64,000 bases of DNA from Actinomycetales bacterium (GCA_017308515.1 JAFKEN010000010.1:17137-81136); one strand, 5' to 3'; positions 1 through 10,214 are shown, numbered from the stretch's first letter. Notes: generated by a model from the sequence alone, not told the origin. Made by a program: numbers and translations.

Positions 1-3000
1 GCGAGCGAGACCGGCGTGCTCGACTGGCCCGCCGACCGCGTGGTGCGCCGCGGGCGCCTGCGTCCCGGGCGGATGTTCCTCGTCGACACGGCCGAGGGCC
101 GCATCGTCGAGGACGACGAGATCAAGGCCGAGCTCGCCGCCTCGCAGCCCTTCCAGGAGTGGCTCGACGCGGGGCGGATCCGGCTCGCCGACCTGCCCGA
201 GCGCGAGCACATCACCCACACGCCCGCGAGCGTGAACCGCCGGCAACGCACCTTCGGCTACACCGAGGAGGAGGTGCGCATCCTCATCGGCCCGATGGCG
301 CTGAAGGGCGCCGAGCCGCTCGGCGCGATGGGCTCCGACACCCCGATCGCGGTGCTGAGCGACCGCCCGCGGCTGCTGTTCGACTACTTCACGCAGCAGT
401 TCGCGCAGGTGACGAACCCGCCGCTGGACTCGATCCGCGAGGAGGTCGTCACCTCGATGAGCCTCGGGCTCGGGCCGGAGCGCAACCTGCTCGACGCGAC
501 GCCCGAGCACGCGAAGCAGATCATCCTCGACTTCCCGGTCATCGACAACGACCAGCTCGCGAAGATCCAGCACTTCGAGACCGGCAGCGGGCGTCACATC
601 GCGCACGTCATCAAGGGGCTCTACCGCGTGGAGCGCGGGGCCGAGGGTCTCGCCGAGCGTCTCGCCCAGATGTGCCGCGAGGCCGACGAGGCGATCGAGG
701 CCGGGGCGCAGTTCCTCGTGCTCTCCGACCGCGACTCGACCTCCGAGCTCGCGCCGATCCCGTCGCTGCTGATGCTCGCCGCGGTGCACCACCACCTGAT
801 CCGGCAGGAGACCCGCATGCGCGTCGGGCTCGTCGTGGAGGCGGGCGACGTGCGCGAGGTGCACCACGTCGCCCTGCTGATCGGCTACGGCGCGAGCGCG
901 GTGAACCCGTACCTCGCGATGGAGACGGCCGAGCAGCTCGTCATCTCCGGCATGATCTCGGGCATCACGACCGAGAAGGCCCAGAAGAACCTCATCAAGG
1001 CCCTCGGCAAGGGCGTGCTGAAGATCATGTCGAAGATGGGCATCTCGGTCGTGGGCTCCTACGCCGGCGCGCAGACCTTCGAGGCGGTCGGGCTCAGCCA
1101 GGAGTTCGTCGACGAGTACTTCACCGGTACGACGAGCCTTCTCGGCGGCGTCGGCATCGACGTGATCGCGGCGGAGAATGCGGCCCGCCACCGCGCCGCC
1201 TACCCCGACGACGTCGCCGTCGTGGCGCACGAGCGCCTCGCCGTCGGCGGCGAGTACCAGTGGCGCCGCGAGGGCCCGCCGCACCTGTTCAACCCGGAGA
1301 CGGTGTTCCGGCTGCAGCACGCGACCCGCACCCGCCGGTACGACATCTTCCGCGAGTACACGAAGGCCGTCGACGACCAGGCCGAGCACCTCATGACCCT
1401 GCGCGGGCTGTTCGGGCTGCGCACCGGGCAGCGCCCGCCGGTGCCGCTCGAGGAGGTCGAGTCGGTCGCCGAGATCGTGAAGCGCTTCAACACCGGCGCG
1501 ATGAGCTACGGCTCGATCTCGCAGGAGGCGCACGAGACCCTCGCGATCGCGATGAACCGCCTGGGCGGCCGCTCCAACACCGGCGAGGGCGGCGAGGACG
1601 TCGAGCGCCTGCTCGACCCCGAGCGCCGCAGCCGCATCAAGCAGGTCGCGAGCGGCCGGTTCGGCGTGACCAGCATGTACCTCACGCACGCGACCGACAT
1701 CCAGATCAAGATGGCGCAGGGCGCCAAGCCCGGCGAGGGCGGCCAGCTGATGGCCGCGAAGGTCTACCCGTGGATCGCGCGCACCCGGCATTCGACCGCC
1801 GGCGTCACGCTCATCTCGCCCCCGCCGCACCACGACATCTACTCGATCGAGGATCTCAAGCAGCTCATCTTCGATCTCAAGCGCGCCAACCCCGAGGCGC
1901 GCGTCCACGTCAAGCTCGTCTCGCAGTCGGGTATCGGCGCGGTCGCCGCGGGGGTCACGAAGGCTCTCGCCGACGTGGTGCTCGTCTCCGGCCACGACGG
2001 CGGCACCGGCGCGAGCCCGCTCAACTCGCTCAAGCACGCGGGCACGCCGTGGGAGATCGGCCTCGCCGAGACCCAGCAGACCCTCATGCTCAACGGCATG
2101 CGCGACCGCGTCGTCGTGCAGGTCGACGGTCAGATGAAGACCGGCCGCGACGTCATCGTGGCCGCGCTGCTGGGCGCCGAGGAGTTCGGCTTCGCGACGG
2201 CGCCGCTCGTGGTGAGCGGGTGCATCCTCATGCGGGTGTGCCACCTCGACACCTGCCCGGTCGGCGTCGCGACCCAGAACCCCGAGCTGCGCGCGCGCTT
2301 CACCGGCAAGCCCGAATTCGTGGAGACCTTCTTCGAGTACCTCGCCGAGGAGGTGCGCGAGTACCTCGCCGAGCTCGGCTTCCACAGCATCGAGGAGGCG
2401 ATCGGCCACAGCGAGCTGCTCGACGTCGACCGCGCCGTCGCGCACTGGAAGGCCGACGGGCTCGACCTGACGCCCGTGCTGCGCGGGCCGGTGTTCGCCG
2501 AGTCCGAGCCGCGGCGCAACGTGCGCGAACAGCACCACGAGATCGCCGAGCACTTCGACCAGGAGCTCATCCGGCGCGCGAAGGGCGCGCTCGAGCGCGG
2601 CGAGAGCGTCGAGATCGAGCTGCCGATCCGCAACACCGAGCGCGCCGTCGGCACGATGCTCGGGCACGAGGTCACCAAGCGCCACGGCGAGCACGGTCTG
2701 CCGGCCGACACCATCCGGGTGACGATGCACGGCTCCGCCGGGCAGTCGTTCGGGGCCTTCGTGCCCAACGGCATCACCCTGCGGCTCGAGGGCGACAGCA
2801 ACGACTACGTCGGCAAGGGTCTCTCGGGCGGCCAGCTGACCCTGCGGCCGCCGCGCGACGCGGTCTTCCCGGCCGAGCGCAACACGATCGCCGGCAACGT
2901 CATCGGGTACGGCGCGACCCAGGGCAGCATGTTCCTGCGCGGCGTCGTGGGCGAACGGTTCCTCGTGCGCAACTCGGGCGCCACCGCGGTCGTGGAGGGT

Positions 3001-3411
3001 GTGGGCGACCACGCGCTCGAGTACATGACGGGCGGGCTCGCGGTGATCCTCGGCACGACGGGGCGCAACCTCGGCGCCGGCATGTCCGGCGGCACCGCCT
3101 ACGTGCACGAACTGCGGCCGGAGCGGGTCAACCGCGACGCGCTCGCGACGGGGGAGCTGGAACTGCTGCCGCTCGAGAGCGCGGATCGCGAGATCCTGGC
3201 CGACCTGCTGCGGCGCCACCTCGCCGAGACCGACTCGCCGGTCGCGGCGCGCATGCTCGAGGACTTCGACGCGGCCGCCGACCGGTTCACCAAGGTGCTG
3301 CCGCGGGACTACGCGGCGGTGCTCGCGACCCGGCAGGCGGCCGTCGACGAGGGGCTCGACCCCGACGGCGACGTCGTCTGGAGCCGGATCATGGAGGCGA
3401 CCAATGGCTGA
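1..3411 (+). CDS. gltB: glutamate synthase large subunit, 5'-truncated by the window edge
   Basis: Frame +1 is open from base 1. The 1131-aa product has FMN/synthase-domain signatures ([24 protein letters not shown]) and the C-terminal Gly-rich domain. Its stop overlaps the gltD start. Confidence 0.95.
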   Translation, partial: ASETGVLDWPADRVVRRGRLRPGRMFLVDTAEGRIVEDDEIKAELAASQPFQEWLDAGRIRLADLPEREHITHTPASVNRRQRTFGYTEEEVRILIGPMALKGAEPLGAMGSDTPIAVLSDRPRLLFDYFTQQFAQVTNPPLDSIREEVVTSMSLGLGPERNLLDATPEHAKQIILDFPVIDNDQLAKIQHFETGSGRHIAHVIKGLYRVERGAEGLAERLAQMCREADEAIEAGAQFLVLSDRDSTSELAPIPSLLMLAAVHHHLIRQETRMRVGLVVEAGDVREVHHVALLIGYGASAVNPYLAMETAEQLVISGMISGITTEKAQKNLIKALGKGVLKIMSKMGISVVGSYAGAQTFEAVGLSQEFVDEYFTGTTSLLGGVGIDVIAAENAARHRAAYPDDVAVVAHERLAVGGEYQWRREGPPHLFNPETVFRLQHATRTRRYDIFREYTKAVDDQAEHLMTLRGLFGLRTGQRPPVPLEEVESVAEIVKRFNTGAMSYGSISQEAHETLAIAMNRLGGRSNTGEGGEDVERLLDPERRSRIKQVASGRFGVTSMYLTHATDIQIKMAQGAKPGEGGQLMAAKVYPWIARTRHSTAGVTLISPPPHHDIYSIEDLKQLIFDLKRANPEARVHVKLVSQSGIGAVAAGVTKALADVVLVSGHDGGTGASPLNSLKHAGTPWEIGLAETQQTLMLNGMRDRVVVQVDGQMKTGRDVIVAALLGAEEFGFATAPLVVSGCILMRVCHLDTCPVGVATQNPELRARFTGKPEFVETFFEYLAEEVREYLAELGFHSIEEAIGHSELLDVDRAVAHWKADGLDLTPVLRGPVFAESEPRRNVREQHHEIAEHFDQELIRRAKGALERGESVEIELPIRNTERAVGTMLGHEVTKRHGEHGLPADTIRVTMHGSAGQSFGAFVPNGITLRLEGDSNDYVGKGLSGGQLTLRPPRDAVFPAERNTIAGNVIGYGATQGSMFLRGVVGERFLVRNSGATAVVEGVGDHALEYMTGGLAVILGTTGRNLGAGMSGGTAYVHELRPERVNRDALATGELELLPLESADREILADLLRRHLAETDSPVAARMLEDFDAAADRFTKVLPRDYAAVLATRQAAVDEGLDPDGDVVWSRIMEATNG

Positions 3412-4861
3412 CCCGAAGGGCTTCCTGCGCACCACCGAGCGCGAGCTGCCGCCGCGCCGGCCGGTTCCGGTGCGCATCATGGACTGGAAAGAGGTCTACG
3501 AGCAGCAGGATCCCGGCCAGCTGCGCCGTCAGGCCGGGCGTTGCATGGACTGCGGCATCCCGTTCTGCCATCAGGGCTGCCCGCTGGGCAACCTCATCCC
3601 GGAGTGGAACGACCTCATGTGGCGCGGCGAGGGTCGGGCCGCGATCGACCGGCTGCACGCGACCAACAACTTCCCGGAGTTCACCGGGCGGCTGTGCCCG
3701 GCGCCGTGCGAGTCGAGCTGCGTGCTGGGCATCAACCAGCCCGCCGTCACGATCAAGCAGGTCGAGGTCTCGATCATCGACCAGGCCTTCCAGAGCGGCT
3801 GGGTCGTGCCGCATCCCCCGGCGCGCCTGACGGGCAAGACGGTCGCGGTCGTCGGCTCCGGTCCCGCCGGTCTCGCGGCCGCGCAGCAGCTCACCCGGGC
3901 CGGGCACACCGTGGCCGTGTACGAGCGCGACGACCGCATCGGCGGCCTGCTGCGTTACGGCATCCCCGACTTCAAGATGGAGAAGCGCTGGATCGAGGCG
4001 CGCCTCCAGCAGATGCAGGCCGAGGGCACCCGCTTCCGCGCGGGGGTCGAGATCGGGCGCGACATCTCGTGGAGCGACCTGCGCTCGCGCTACGACGCGG
4101 TCGTGATCGCGACCGGCGCGACCGTGCCGCGCGACCTGGCGATCCCCGGGCGCGACGCGCTCGGCGTGCACTTCGCCATGGAGTACCTCGTGCAGCAGAA
4201 CAAGGTCGTCGCCGGTGACACGGTGCCCGAGCAGATCAGCGCGGAGGGCAAGCACGTCGTCGTCATCGGCGGCGGAGACACCGGGGCCGACTGCATCGGC
4301 ACCGCGCACCGCCAGGGCGCGCTGAGCGTGACGAACCTCGCGATCGGCTATCAGCCGCCCGCCGAGCGGCCCGAGAACCAGCCGTGGCCGATGGCCCCGA
4401 CCATCTTCGAGGTTACGAGCGCGCACGAGGAGGGCGGCGAGCGGGTGTTCCTCGCCTCGACCGTCGAGTTCCTCAGCAACGAGGCGGGGGAGGTGCGCGC
4501 CCTGCGCGTGGCCGAGACCGAGTACCTCGACGGGCGCCGGGTGCCGAAGTCGGGAACGGAGCGCGAGATCCCCGCCGACCTCGTGCTCATCGCGATGGGC
4601 TTCACCGGTGCCGAGCCCGAGAGCCTCACCGGTCAGCTCGAGGTGCCCTTCGACGACCGCGGCAACGTCGGGCGCGACGGGGCCTACACGACCACGCTGC
4701 CCGACGTCTTCGTCGCCGGCGACGCGGGTCGCGGGCAGTCGCTCATCGTCTGGGCGATCGCCGAGGGGCGCGCCGCCGCGGCCGCGGTCGACCGCTACCT
4801 CGAGGGCGACACGATGCTGCCCGCCCCGGTGCGCCCGACCGATCGGGCGATCGCCGTCTGA
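3404..4861 (+). CDS. gltD: glutamate synthase small subunit (NADPH)
   Basis: 485 aa. N-terminal Cys cluster ([15 protein letters not shown]) and Rossmann motifs [10 protein letters not shown] and [12 protein letters not shown] 3404 overlaps the gltB stop. Confidence 0.95.
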   Translation: MADPKGFLRTTERELPPRRPVPVRIMDWKEVYEQQDPGQLRRQAGRCMDCGIPFCHQGCPLGNLIPEWNDLMWRGEGRAAIDRLHATNNFPEFTGRLCPAPCESSCVLGINQPAVTIKQVEVSIIDQAFQSGWVVPHPPARLTGKTVAVVGSGPAGLAAAQQLTRAGHTVAVYERDDRIGGLLRYGIPDFKMEKRWIEARLQQMQAEGTRFRAGVEIGRDISWSDLRSRYDAVVIATGATVPRDLAIPGRDALGVHFAMEYLVQQNKVVAGDTVPEQISAEGKHVVVIGGGDTGADCIGTAHRQGALSVTNLAIGYQPPAERPENQPWPMAPTIFEVTSAHEEGGERVFLASTVEFLSNEAGEVRALRVAETEYLDGRRVPKSGTEREIPADLVLIAMGFTGAEPESLTGQLEVPFDDRGNVGRDGAYTTTLPDVFVAGDAGRGQSLIVWAIAEGRAAAAAVDRYLEGDTMLPAPVRPTDRAIAV

Positions 4862-4922
4862 CCCGCGCGGCACGCCCGCGCCTCACCGACACCTTCACCG
4901 CCACCACCACCAGAAGGACATC

Positions 4923-6371
4923 ATGAGACGAGCCAAGATCGTCGCGACCCTCGGGCCCGCGACATCGAGCTACGAGAACATCCGCGCGATCATCGAAGCG
5001 GGCGTCGACGTCGCACGCATGAACCTCTCCCACGGCAGCCACGCCGTGCACGAGGAGGTCTACGCGAACATCCGCCGCGCCGCGGCCGACGTCGGCAAGC
5101 CGGTCGCCGTGCTCGTCGACCTGCAGGGCCCCAAGATCCGACTGGGCACCTTCGAGTCCGGCCCCCACGAGCTTGCCGCGGGCGACCTGTTCACCATCAC
5201 GACCGAGGATGTCGTGGGCACGAAGGAACTCGTCTCCACCACCTTCAAGGGACTCCCGCACGACGTGAAGCCCGGGGACCCGCTGCTCATCGACGACGGC
5301 AAGGTGCGGGTACGCGTGCTCTCCACCGACGGCACCCGAGTCACGACCGAGGTCGTCGTCGGCGGACCCGTCTCGAACAACAAGGGCATCAACCTGCCGG
5401 GCGTCGCCGTCAACGTGCCGGCCCTCTCCGAGAAGGACGAGGACGACCTGCGCTGGGGGCTTCGCCTGGGCGCCGACTTCATCGCGCTGTCGTTCGTGCG
5501 CGACGCCCACGACATCACGCGGGTGCACGAGATCATGGCCGAGGAGGGCCGCAAGGTCCCGACGATCGCCAAGATCGAGAAGCCGCAGGCGGTGGATCAC
5601 CTCGACGACATCATCGAGGCCTTCGACGGCGTCATGGTCGCGCGAGGCGATCTCGCGGTCGAGCTGCCGCTCGAGGCGGTGCCGATCGTGCAGAAGCGCT
5701 GCACCGAGCAGTGCCGGCGGATGGCGAAGCCGGTGATCGTCGCGACGCAGATGCTCGAATCGATGACGCATTCGCCGGTGCCGACCCGCGCCGAGACGAG
5801 CGACGTCGCCAACGCGGTGCTCGACGGCGCCGACGCCGTCATGCTCTCCGGCGAGACCAGCGTGGGCGACTACCCGGTCGTCACCGTGGCGACCATGGCG
5901 CGGATCATCGAGTCCACCGAGGAGCACGCTCTCGAGCGCATCAACCCGCTCGGGACCAAGCCCCGCACGCAGGGCGGCGCGCTCACCCTCGCCGCGAACG
6001 ACGTGGCCGAGTTCGTCGGCGCCAAGTTCCTCTGCGTCTTCACGGAGTCCGGCGACACCGCGCGCCGGATGTCGCGTCTGCGCTCCAAGATCCCGATGCG
6101 CGCCTTCGCGACCGACGAGGCCACCCGCCGACGGATGGCGTTGACCTGGGGGATCCAGTCCTTCCTCGTCGAGCCGGTCACCTACACCGACGAGTTCTTC
6201 CGCCAGGTCGACGACCAGATCCTCGACGGCGGTTTCGCGGAGGCGGGGGAGAAGGTCGTGGTCGTGAGCGGATCGCCTCCCGGCGTGCCCGGCACCACGA
6301 ACGACCTGCGCATCTACCGCCTGGGCGATGCGCACAACGAGGTCGCGCCGGCGTACCGCAAGCCGGAGTAG
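4923..6371 (+). CDS. pyk: pyruvate kinase
   Basis: ORF 4608..6371 trimmed to in-frame ATG 4923 (MRRAKIVATLGPA, the usual PK N-terminus), with GAAGGA just upstream. MVARGDLAVE motif present. Confidence 0.95.
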   Translation: MRRAKIVATLGPATSSYENIRAIIEAGVDVARMNLSHGSHAVHEEVYANIRRAAADVGKPVAVLVDLQGPKIRLGTFESGPHELAAGDLFTITTEDVVGTKELVSTTFKGLPHDVKPGDPLLIDDGKVRVRVLSTDGTRVTTEVVVGGPVSNNKGINLPGVAVNVPALSEKDEDDLRWGLRLGADFIALSFVRDAHDITRVHEIMAEEGRKVPTIAKIEKPQAVDHLDDIIEAFDGVMVARGDLAVELPLEAVPIVQKRCTEQCRRMAKPVIVATQMLESMTHSPVPTRAETSDVANAVLDGADAVMLSGETSVGDYPVVTVATMARIIESTEEHALERINPLGTKPRTQGGALTLAANDVAEFVGAKFLCVFTESGDTARRMSRLRSKIPMRAFATDEATRRRMALTWGIQSFLVEPVTYTDEFFRQVDDQILDGGFAEAGEKVVVVSGSPPGVPGTTNDLRIYRLGDAHNEVAPAYRKPE

Positions 6372-6386
6372 TCGCGGCGGCGCGGC

Positions 6387-6450
6387 CGGAGCGGGCGCTC
6401 GCGCTCCGCCTCCGGTCGTGCCGTCTGCGCGCGGGTGAGCGTCAGACGGC
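6387..6450. terminator. two GC-rich hairpins between convergent pyk and ppsA
   Basis: CGGAGCG-N8-CGCTCCG (6387..6408) and GCCGTCTG-N15-CAGACGGC (6420..6450). The second overlaps the ppsA stop. No U-tract. Confidence 0.35.
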
Positions 6451-8844
6451 GACGCCCTCGCGCTCGGCCGCGGCGACGTGTCGGGCCGTGCGCAGGAAGC
6501 TGTCGGGGTTGAGCGAGATCGAGTCGATGCCCTGTTCGACGAGGAACCGGGCGAATTCGGGGTGATCGCTCGGAGCCTGCCCGCACAGACCCACCTTGAT
6601 GCCCGCCTCGTGCGCCGCCGCGATGGCCATCGCGATCATGCGCTCGACCGCCGGATCGCGCTCGTCGAACAGCCCCGCGAGCTGGCCGGAGTCGCGGTCG
6701 ACGCCGAGCGTGAGCTGCGTCAGGTCGTTGGATCCGATCGAGAACCCGTCGAAGCGACGCGCGAACTCGCCGGCGGAGAGCACGTTCGAGGGGATCTCGC
6801 ACATCATGTAGACCTCGAGCCCGTTCTCGCCCCGCGTCAGACCGTTCTCGGCCATGACCGCGAGGACGCGGTCGGCCTCGGCGGGAGTGCGGCAGAACGG
6901 GATCATGACGATCACGTTGCGGAAGCCGAAGTCCTCGCGCACCCGCCGCAGCGCGCCGCACTCGAGCGCGAAGCCCTCGCGGTAGCGGTCGTCGTAATAG
7001 CGGGAGGCGCCGCGGAACCCGATCATCGGGTTCTCCTCCTGCGGCTCGAAGTCGCGGCCGCCGACCAGGTTGGCGTACTCGTTCGACTTGAAGTCGCTCA
7101 TCCGCACGATGACCGGATCGGGGTGGTACGGGGCCGCGATCTTCGCGACGCCGCGGGCGAGGGTGTCGACGAAGTACTCCGTCGGGTCTCCCCACCCACG
7201 GGTGAGTTCGGCGATCCGGCGGCGATCGGCGGGATCGGTCACCCGCTCCGGATGCACGAGCGCCATCGGGTGCACCGCGATCAGCGTGTTGACGATGAAC
7301 TCCATCCGGGCGAGGCCGACGCCGCGCGCCGGGAGGCGCCACCACTGGAAGGCCGCCGCGGGGCTGGCGATGTTCACGAGCAGCCGGGTGCGCGTCTCGG
7401 GCACGTCGGAGACGTCCACCTCCTCGGTGCTGTGCTCGAGCGTGCCCGCGTAGACGTGGCCCTCCTCGCCCTCGGCGCAGCTGAGGGTGATGGCCTGCCC
7501 GTCGTGCAGGGTGCTCGTCGCCGTCCCGGTGCCGACGATCGCGGGGATGCCGAGCTCGCGGCTCACGATCGCGGCGTGGCTGGTCGATCCGCCGTGGTCG
7601 GTGATGATCCCCGCGGCACGCGACATGATCGGCACCCAGTCGGGGTCGGTCATCTCGGTGACGAGGATCGCGCCGTCGCGGAAGCTCTCGATCTCGGCGG
7701 GGTCGCGGATCACGCAGACCTCGCCCGTCGCGATCGCCTCGCCGATCGCGGCCCCCGAGACGAGCACCGGCCCCGACCCGGTGAGACGATGCACGAGGAA
7801 CCGGCTGACCGACTTCGTCGCCTGCACCGTCTCGGGACGCGCCTGCACGAGGAAGAGCTCCCCGGTGGCCCCGTCCTTGGCCCACTCCATGTCCATCGGG
7901 CGCCCGTAGTGCGCTTCAACCAGCCTCGCCCACCGCGCCAGCTGCACGATCTCGTCGTCGTCGAGCACGAAGGCGGCCCGCTCGCGTGTCGTCGTCTCGA
8001 TCGTGCGGGTGCGCGCGCTGCCGCCGCGTGCGAGCACCATCTTGCGCTCCTTGGCGCCGCGCTGCTTCTCGATGATCGGGTGCACGGCGGGATCGTCGAG
8101 CAGCGGCGTGAAGACGACGTACTTGTCGGGGTCGACAGTGCCCTGCACCACGAGCTCCCCGAGTCCCCACGCCGCGCTGACGACCGCCACCCGCGGGAAG
8201 CCGCTCTCGGTGTCGATCGAGAACATCACGCCCGAGCCGGCGAGATCGCTGCGGACCATGCGCTGCACCCCGATCGACAGCGCGACCTCGGTGTCGTCGA
8301 ATCCCTTCACCTGGCGATAGGTGATCGCCCGGTCGGTGAACAGCGAGGCGTAGCAGCGCCGGCAGGCGTCGAGCAGCTCGCGCTCGCCGACCACATTGAG
8401 GAAGGTCTCCTGCTGCCCGGCGAAGCTCGCGTCGGGCAGGTCCTCCGCGGTCGCGCTCGAGCGCACGGCGACCGCGACGCCGCGTCGGGGGGCGTCGTCG
8501 CCGTCCTGCGCGGAGAGCGCACGATAGCCGCGCAGGATCGCCTCGGACAGCTCGGGCGGGAACTGCCCGCCGAGGAAGGCCTCCCGGATGGTCTCGCCGG
8601 CCGCGCGGAGGCTCGACGTGCCGGCGTGGTAGGCCGCGAGCGTCGACTCGATCACCTCGGCGAGGTCGTTGTGGCGCACGAAGGCGCGGTAGGCGTCGGC
8701 GGTGGTCGCGAATCCGTCGGGCACGCGCACGCCGGCCTCGGACAGTTCGCGGAGCATCTCGCCGAGGGACGCGTTCTTGCCGCCGACGAGGGGGACGTCG
8801 GCGATGCCGACGTCGCGCAGGGCCAGCACGAGGGGTCGATCCAT
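6442..8844 (-). CDS. ppsA: phosphoenolpyruvate synthase (pyruvate, water dikinase)
   Basis: N-terminal GGKNASLGEM, phospho-histidine loop GGSTSHAAIVSRELGIPAIVG, C-terminal PEP-utilising domain (CGQAPSD). The track ORF runs to 8946 over the tRNA. I trimmed it to ATG 8844 (MDRPLVLAL). Confidence 0.9.
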   Translation of the reverse strand: MDRPLVLALRDVGIADVPLVGGKNASLGEMLRELSEAGVRVPDGFATTADAYRAFVRHNDLAEVIESTLAAYHAGTSSLRAAGETIREAFLGGQFPPELSEAILRGYRALSAQDGDDAPRRGVAVAVRSSATAEDLPDASFAGQQETFLNVVGERELLDACRRCYASLFTDRAITYRQVKGFDDTEVALSIGVQRMVRSDLAGSGVMFSIDTESGFPRVAVVSAAWGLGELVVQGTVDPDKYVVFTPLLDDPAVHPIIEKQRGAKERKMVLARGGSARTRTIETTTRERAAFVLDDDEIVQLARWARLVEAHYGRPMDMEWAKDGATGELFLVQARPETVQATKSVSRFLVHRLTGSGPVLVSGAAIGEAIATGEVCVIRDPAEIESFRDGAILVTEMTDPDWVPIMSRAAGIITDHGGSTSHAAIVSRELGIPAIVGTGTATSTLHDGQAITLSCAEGEEGHVYAGTLEHSTEEVDVSDVPETRTRLLVNIASPAAAFQWWRLPARGVGLARMEFIVNTLIAVHPMALVHPERVTDPADRRRIAELTRGWGDPTEYFVDTLARGVAKIAAPYHPDPVIVRMSDFKSNEYANLVGGRDFEPQEENPMIGFRGASRYYDDRYREGFALECGALRRVREDFGFRNVIVMIPFCRTPAEADRVLAVMAENGLTRGENGLEVYMMCEIPSNVLSAGEFARRFDGFSIGSNDLTQLTLGVDRDSGQLAGLFDERDPAVERMIAMAIAAAHEAGIKVGLCGQAPSDHPEFARFLVEQGIDSISLNPDSFLRTARHVAAAEREGVAV

Positions 8845-8850
8845 GCCGGG

Positions 8851-8856
8851 ACCGTA
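8851..8856 (-). promoter_or_regulatory. -10 hexamer TACGGT, predicted leaderless promoter of ppsA
   Basis: On the minus strand: TACGGT-cccggc-ATG(8844). Six-nt gap, so there is no room for an SD. Confidence 0.45.
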
Positions 8857-8918
8857 GATCCGCACGGGACGCGCCGATACGGGCTTTGGTCCCGGCCGCC
8901 GAGCCGCGGCCCTCGAGA

Positions 8919-9004
8919 TGGTGCCGGTGGTGGGGGTCGAACCCACACGTCCTCACGGACAACCGATTTTGAGTCGGTCGCGTCTGCCATTCCGCCACAC
9001 CGGC
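8919..9004 (-). tRNA. tRNA-Leu, anticodon CAA, encoded CCA
   Basis: The reverse complement folds by hand into a cloverleaf. Acceptor GCCGGTG/CACCGGC with discriminator A and CCA. Anticodon stem ACCGA/TCGGT with loop CTCAAAA. Long variable arm. T arm GTGGG-TTCGACC-CCCAC. Confidence 0.9.
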
Positions 9005-9038
9005 GCGCGGCCGACGGGCCCGCACCCGCTCGCACCAT

Positions 9039-9044
9039 ACCGTA
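9039..9044 (-). promoter_or_regulatory. candidate -10 hexamer TACGGT for tRNA-Leu
   Basis: Minus-strand TAnnnT lying 34 nt upstream of the tRNA 5' end. Overlaps the pdtaR -10 by 2 nt (ACCGTAGGCT). Confidence 0.3.
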
Positions 9045-9048
9045 GGCT
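9043..9048 (+). promoter_or_regulatory. -10 hexamer TAGGCT, predicted leaderless promoter of pdtaR
   Basis: TAGGCT-cgcagc-GTG(9055). Confidence 0.45.
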
Positions 9049-9054
9049 CGCAGC

Positions 9055-9657
9055 GTGAGTGATGGGCAGGAGAGCGCAGCCGCACGACGCGTCGTCGTCG
9101 CCGAAGACGAGTCGTTGATCCGGCTCGACATCGTCGAGATCCTGCGCGACAACGGCTTCGACGTGGTCGGCGAGGCCGGCGACGGCGAGACCGCGGTGCA
9201 GCTCGCGACCGAGCTCAAGCCCGACCTCGTGGTGATGGACGTCAAGATGCCGCAGCTCGACGGCATCTCCGCCGCCGAGAGGCTCACCAAGAACCACATC
9301 GCCCCCGTCGTGCTGCTGACCGCCTTCAGCCAGAAGGAGCTCGTCGAGCGCGCGAGCGAGGCCGGTGCGCTCGCCTACGTCGTCAAGCCCTTCACCCCCA
9401 ACGACCTGCTCCCCGCGATCGAGATCGCGCTCAGCCGCTACCAGCAGATCGTCGCGCTCGAGAACGAGGTCGCCGACCTCGTCGAGCGCTTCGAGACCCG
9501 CAAGCTCGTCGACCGCGCCAAGGGTCTGCTCAACGAGAAGATGGGGCTCACCGAGCCCGAGGCGTTCCGGTGGATCCAGAAGGCCTCGATGGATCGCCGC
9601 CTCACCATGCACGACGTCGCCCAGGCGATCATCGACCAGCTCTCGGCGAAGAAGTAG
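9055..9657 (+). CDS. pdtaR: response regulator with ANTAR RNA-binding output domain (PdtaR-like)
   Basis: 200 aa. Receiver domain (VVVAEDE, DLVVMDVKMP, YVVKPF) followed by an ANTAR-like helical C-terminus (RKLVDRAKGLLNEKMGLTEPEAFRWIQKASMDRRLTMHDVAQAII). No kinase gene is adjacent. Confidence 0.85.
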   Translation: MSDGQESAAARRVVVAEDESLIRLDIVEILRDNGFDVVGEAGDGETAVQLATELKPDLVVMDVKMPQLDGISAAERLTKNHIAPVVLLTAFSQKELVERASEAGALAYVVKPFTPNDLLPAIEIALSRYQQIVALENEVADLVERFETRKLVDRAKGLLNEKMGLTEPEAFRWIQKASMDRRLTMHDVAQAIIDQLSAKK

Positions 9658-9736
9658 GGGTTCTTCCGCCTGACGGCGTCCCCGTGACCCCGCGCGGACG
9701 ACTCTGGCTGCTCGTGGAGGCCGTGACCGGCGCCTC

Positions 9737-10171
9737 TCAGCGCTTCTGCTTGAGGTAGTTGGTCATCCGCACGGTGGAGAGGCGGTTGCCCTCCTCGTCG
9801 GTCATGACGATCTCGTGGGTGCAGAGGGTGCGGCCGAGCGAGAGCGCGCGGCAGGTGCCGGTCACCCAGCCGTGATCCACCGAGCGGCTGTGGGTGGCGT
9901 TGATCTCGATGCCGACCGCGATCCGGTCGGGCCCGCCGTGGATCGCGCTCGAGAGCGAGCCGAGCGACTCGCCGAGCACGACGTGCGCGCCGCCGTGCAG
10001 GATCCCGACCACCTGCGTGTTGCCCTCGACGGGCATGCGCGCGACGGAGTACTCGGCCGAGAGCTCGAGCACCTCGATGCCCATCTTGCGCGGCAGCGCC
10101 CCGCCGACGACCCCCTCGTGGGTGAAGCGCTCGATGAGCGCGGGATCGAGGTCGGCGGGGAACTTGGTCAC
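9737..10171 (-). CDS. PaaI-family hotdog-fold thioesterase
   Basis: 144 aa. Central motif GILHGGAHVVLGESLGS is typical of PaaI/YbdB thioesterases. GTG start preceded by AGGAGGG. Confidence 0.75.
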   Translation of the reverse strand: MTKFPADLDPALIERFTHEGVVGGALPRKMGIEVLELSAEYSVARMPVEGNTQVVGILHGGAHVVLGESLGSLSSAIHGGPDRIAVGIEINATHSRSVDHGWVTGTCRALSLGRTLCTHEIVMTDEEGNRLSTVRMTNYLKQKR

Positions 10172-10202
10172 GGGCCCTCCTGGGCGTGTCGGGGTGCCTC
10201 GC

Positions 10203-10208
10203 TAGGCT
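10203..10208 (+). promoter_or_regulatory. -10 hexamer TAGGCT, predicted leaderless promoter of polA
   Basis: TAGGCT-agcccg-GTG(10215). Part of the palindrome CTAGGCTAG. Confidence 0.45.
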
Positions 10209-10209
10209 A
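10204..10209 (-). promoter_or_regulatory. candidate -10 hexamer TAGCCT for the PaaI thioesterase gene
   Basis: The other strand of CTAGGCTAG. It would give a roughly 25-nt leader containing AGGAGGG before GTG 10171. Confidence 0.35.
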
Positions 10210-10214
10210 GCCCG

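Noticed and set aside
159-3830. 1223-aa plus-strand ORF in an alternative frame across gltB and gltD.
   Set aside because: It is out of frame with two unmistakable genes. Its Arg/Pro/Ala-rich composition is an artefact of high GC3.
8845-8946. Upstream extension of the ppsA ORF.
   Set aside because: It would overlap the tRNA-Leu gene. ATG 8844 fits the PpsA N-terminus and the leaderless -10 spacing.
8919-9004. tRNA-Leu as a possible genomic-island integration site.
   Set aside because: There is no integrase, no repeated copy of the tRNA 3' end and no compositional shift on either side. The flanking genes are core metabolism.
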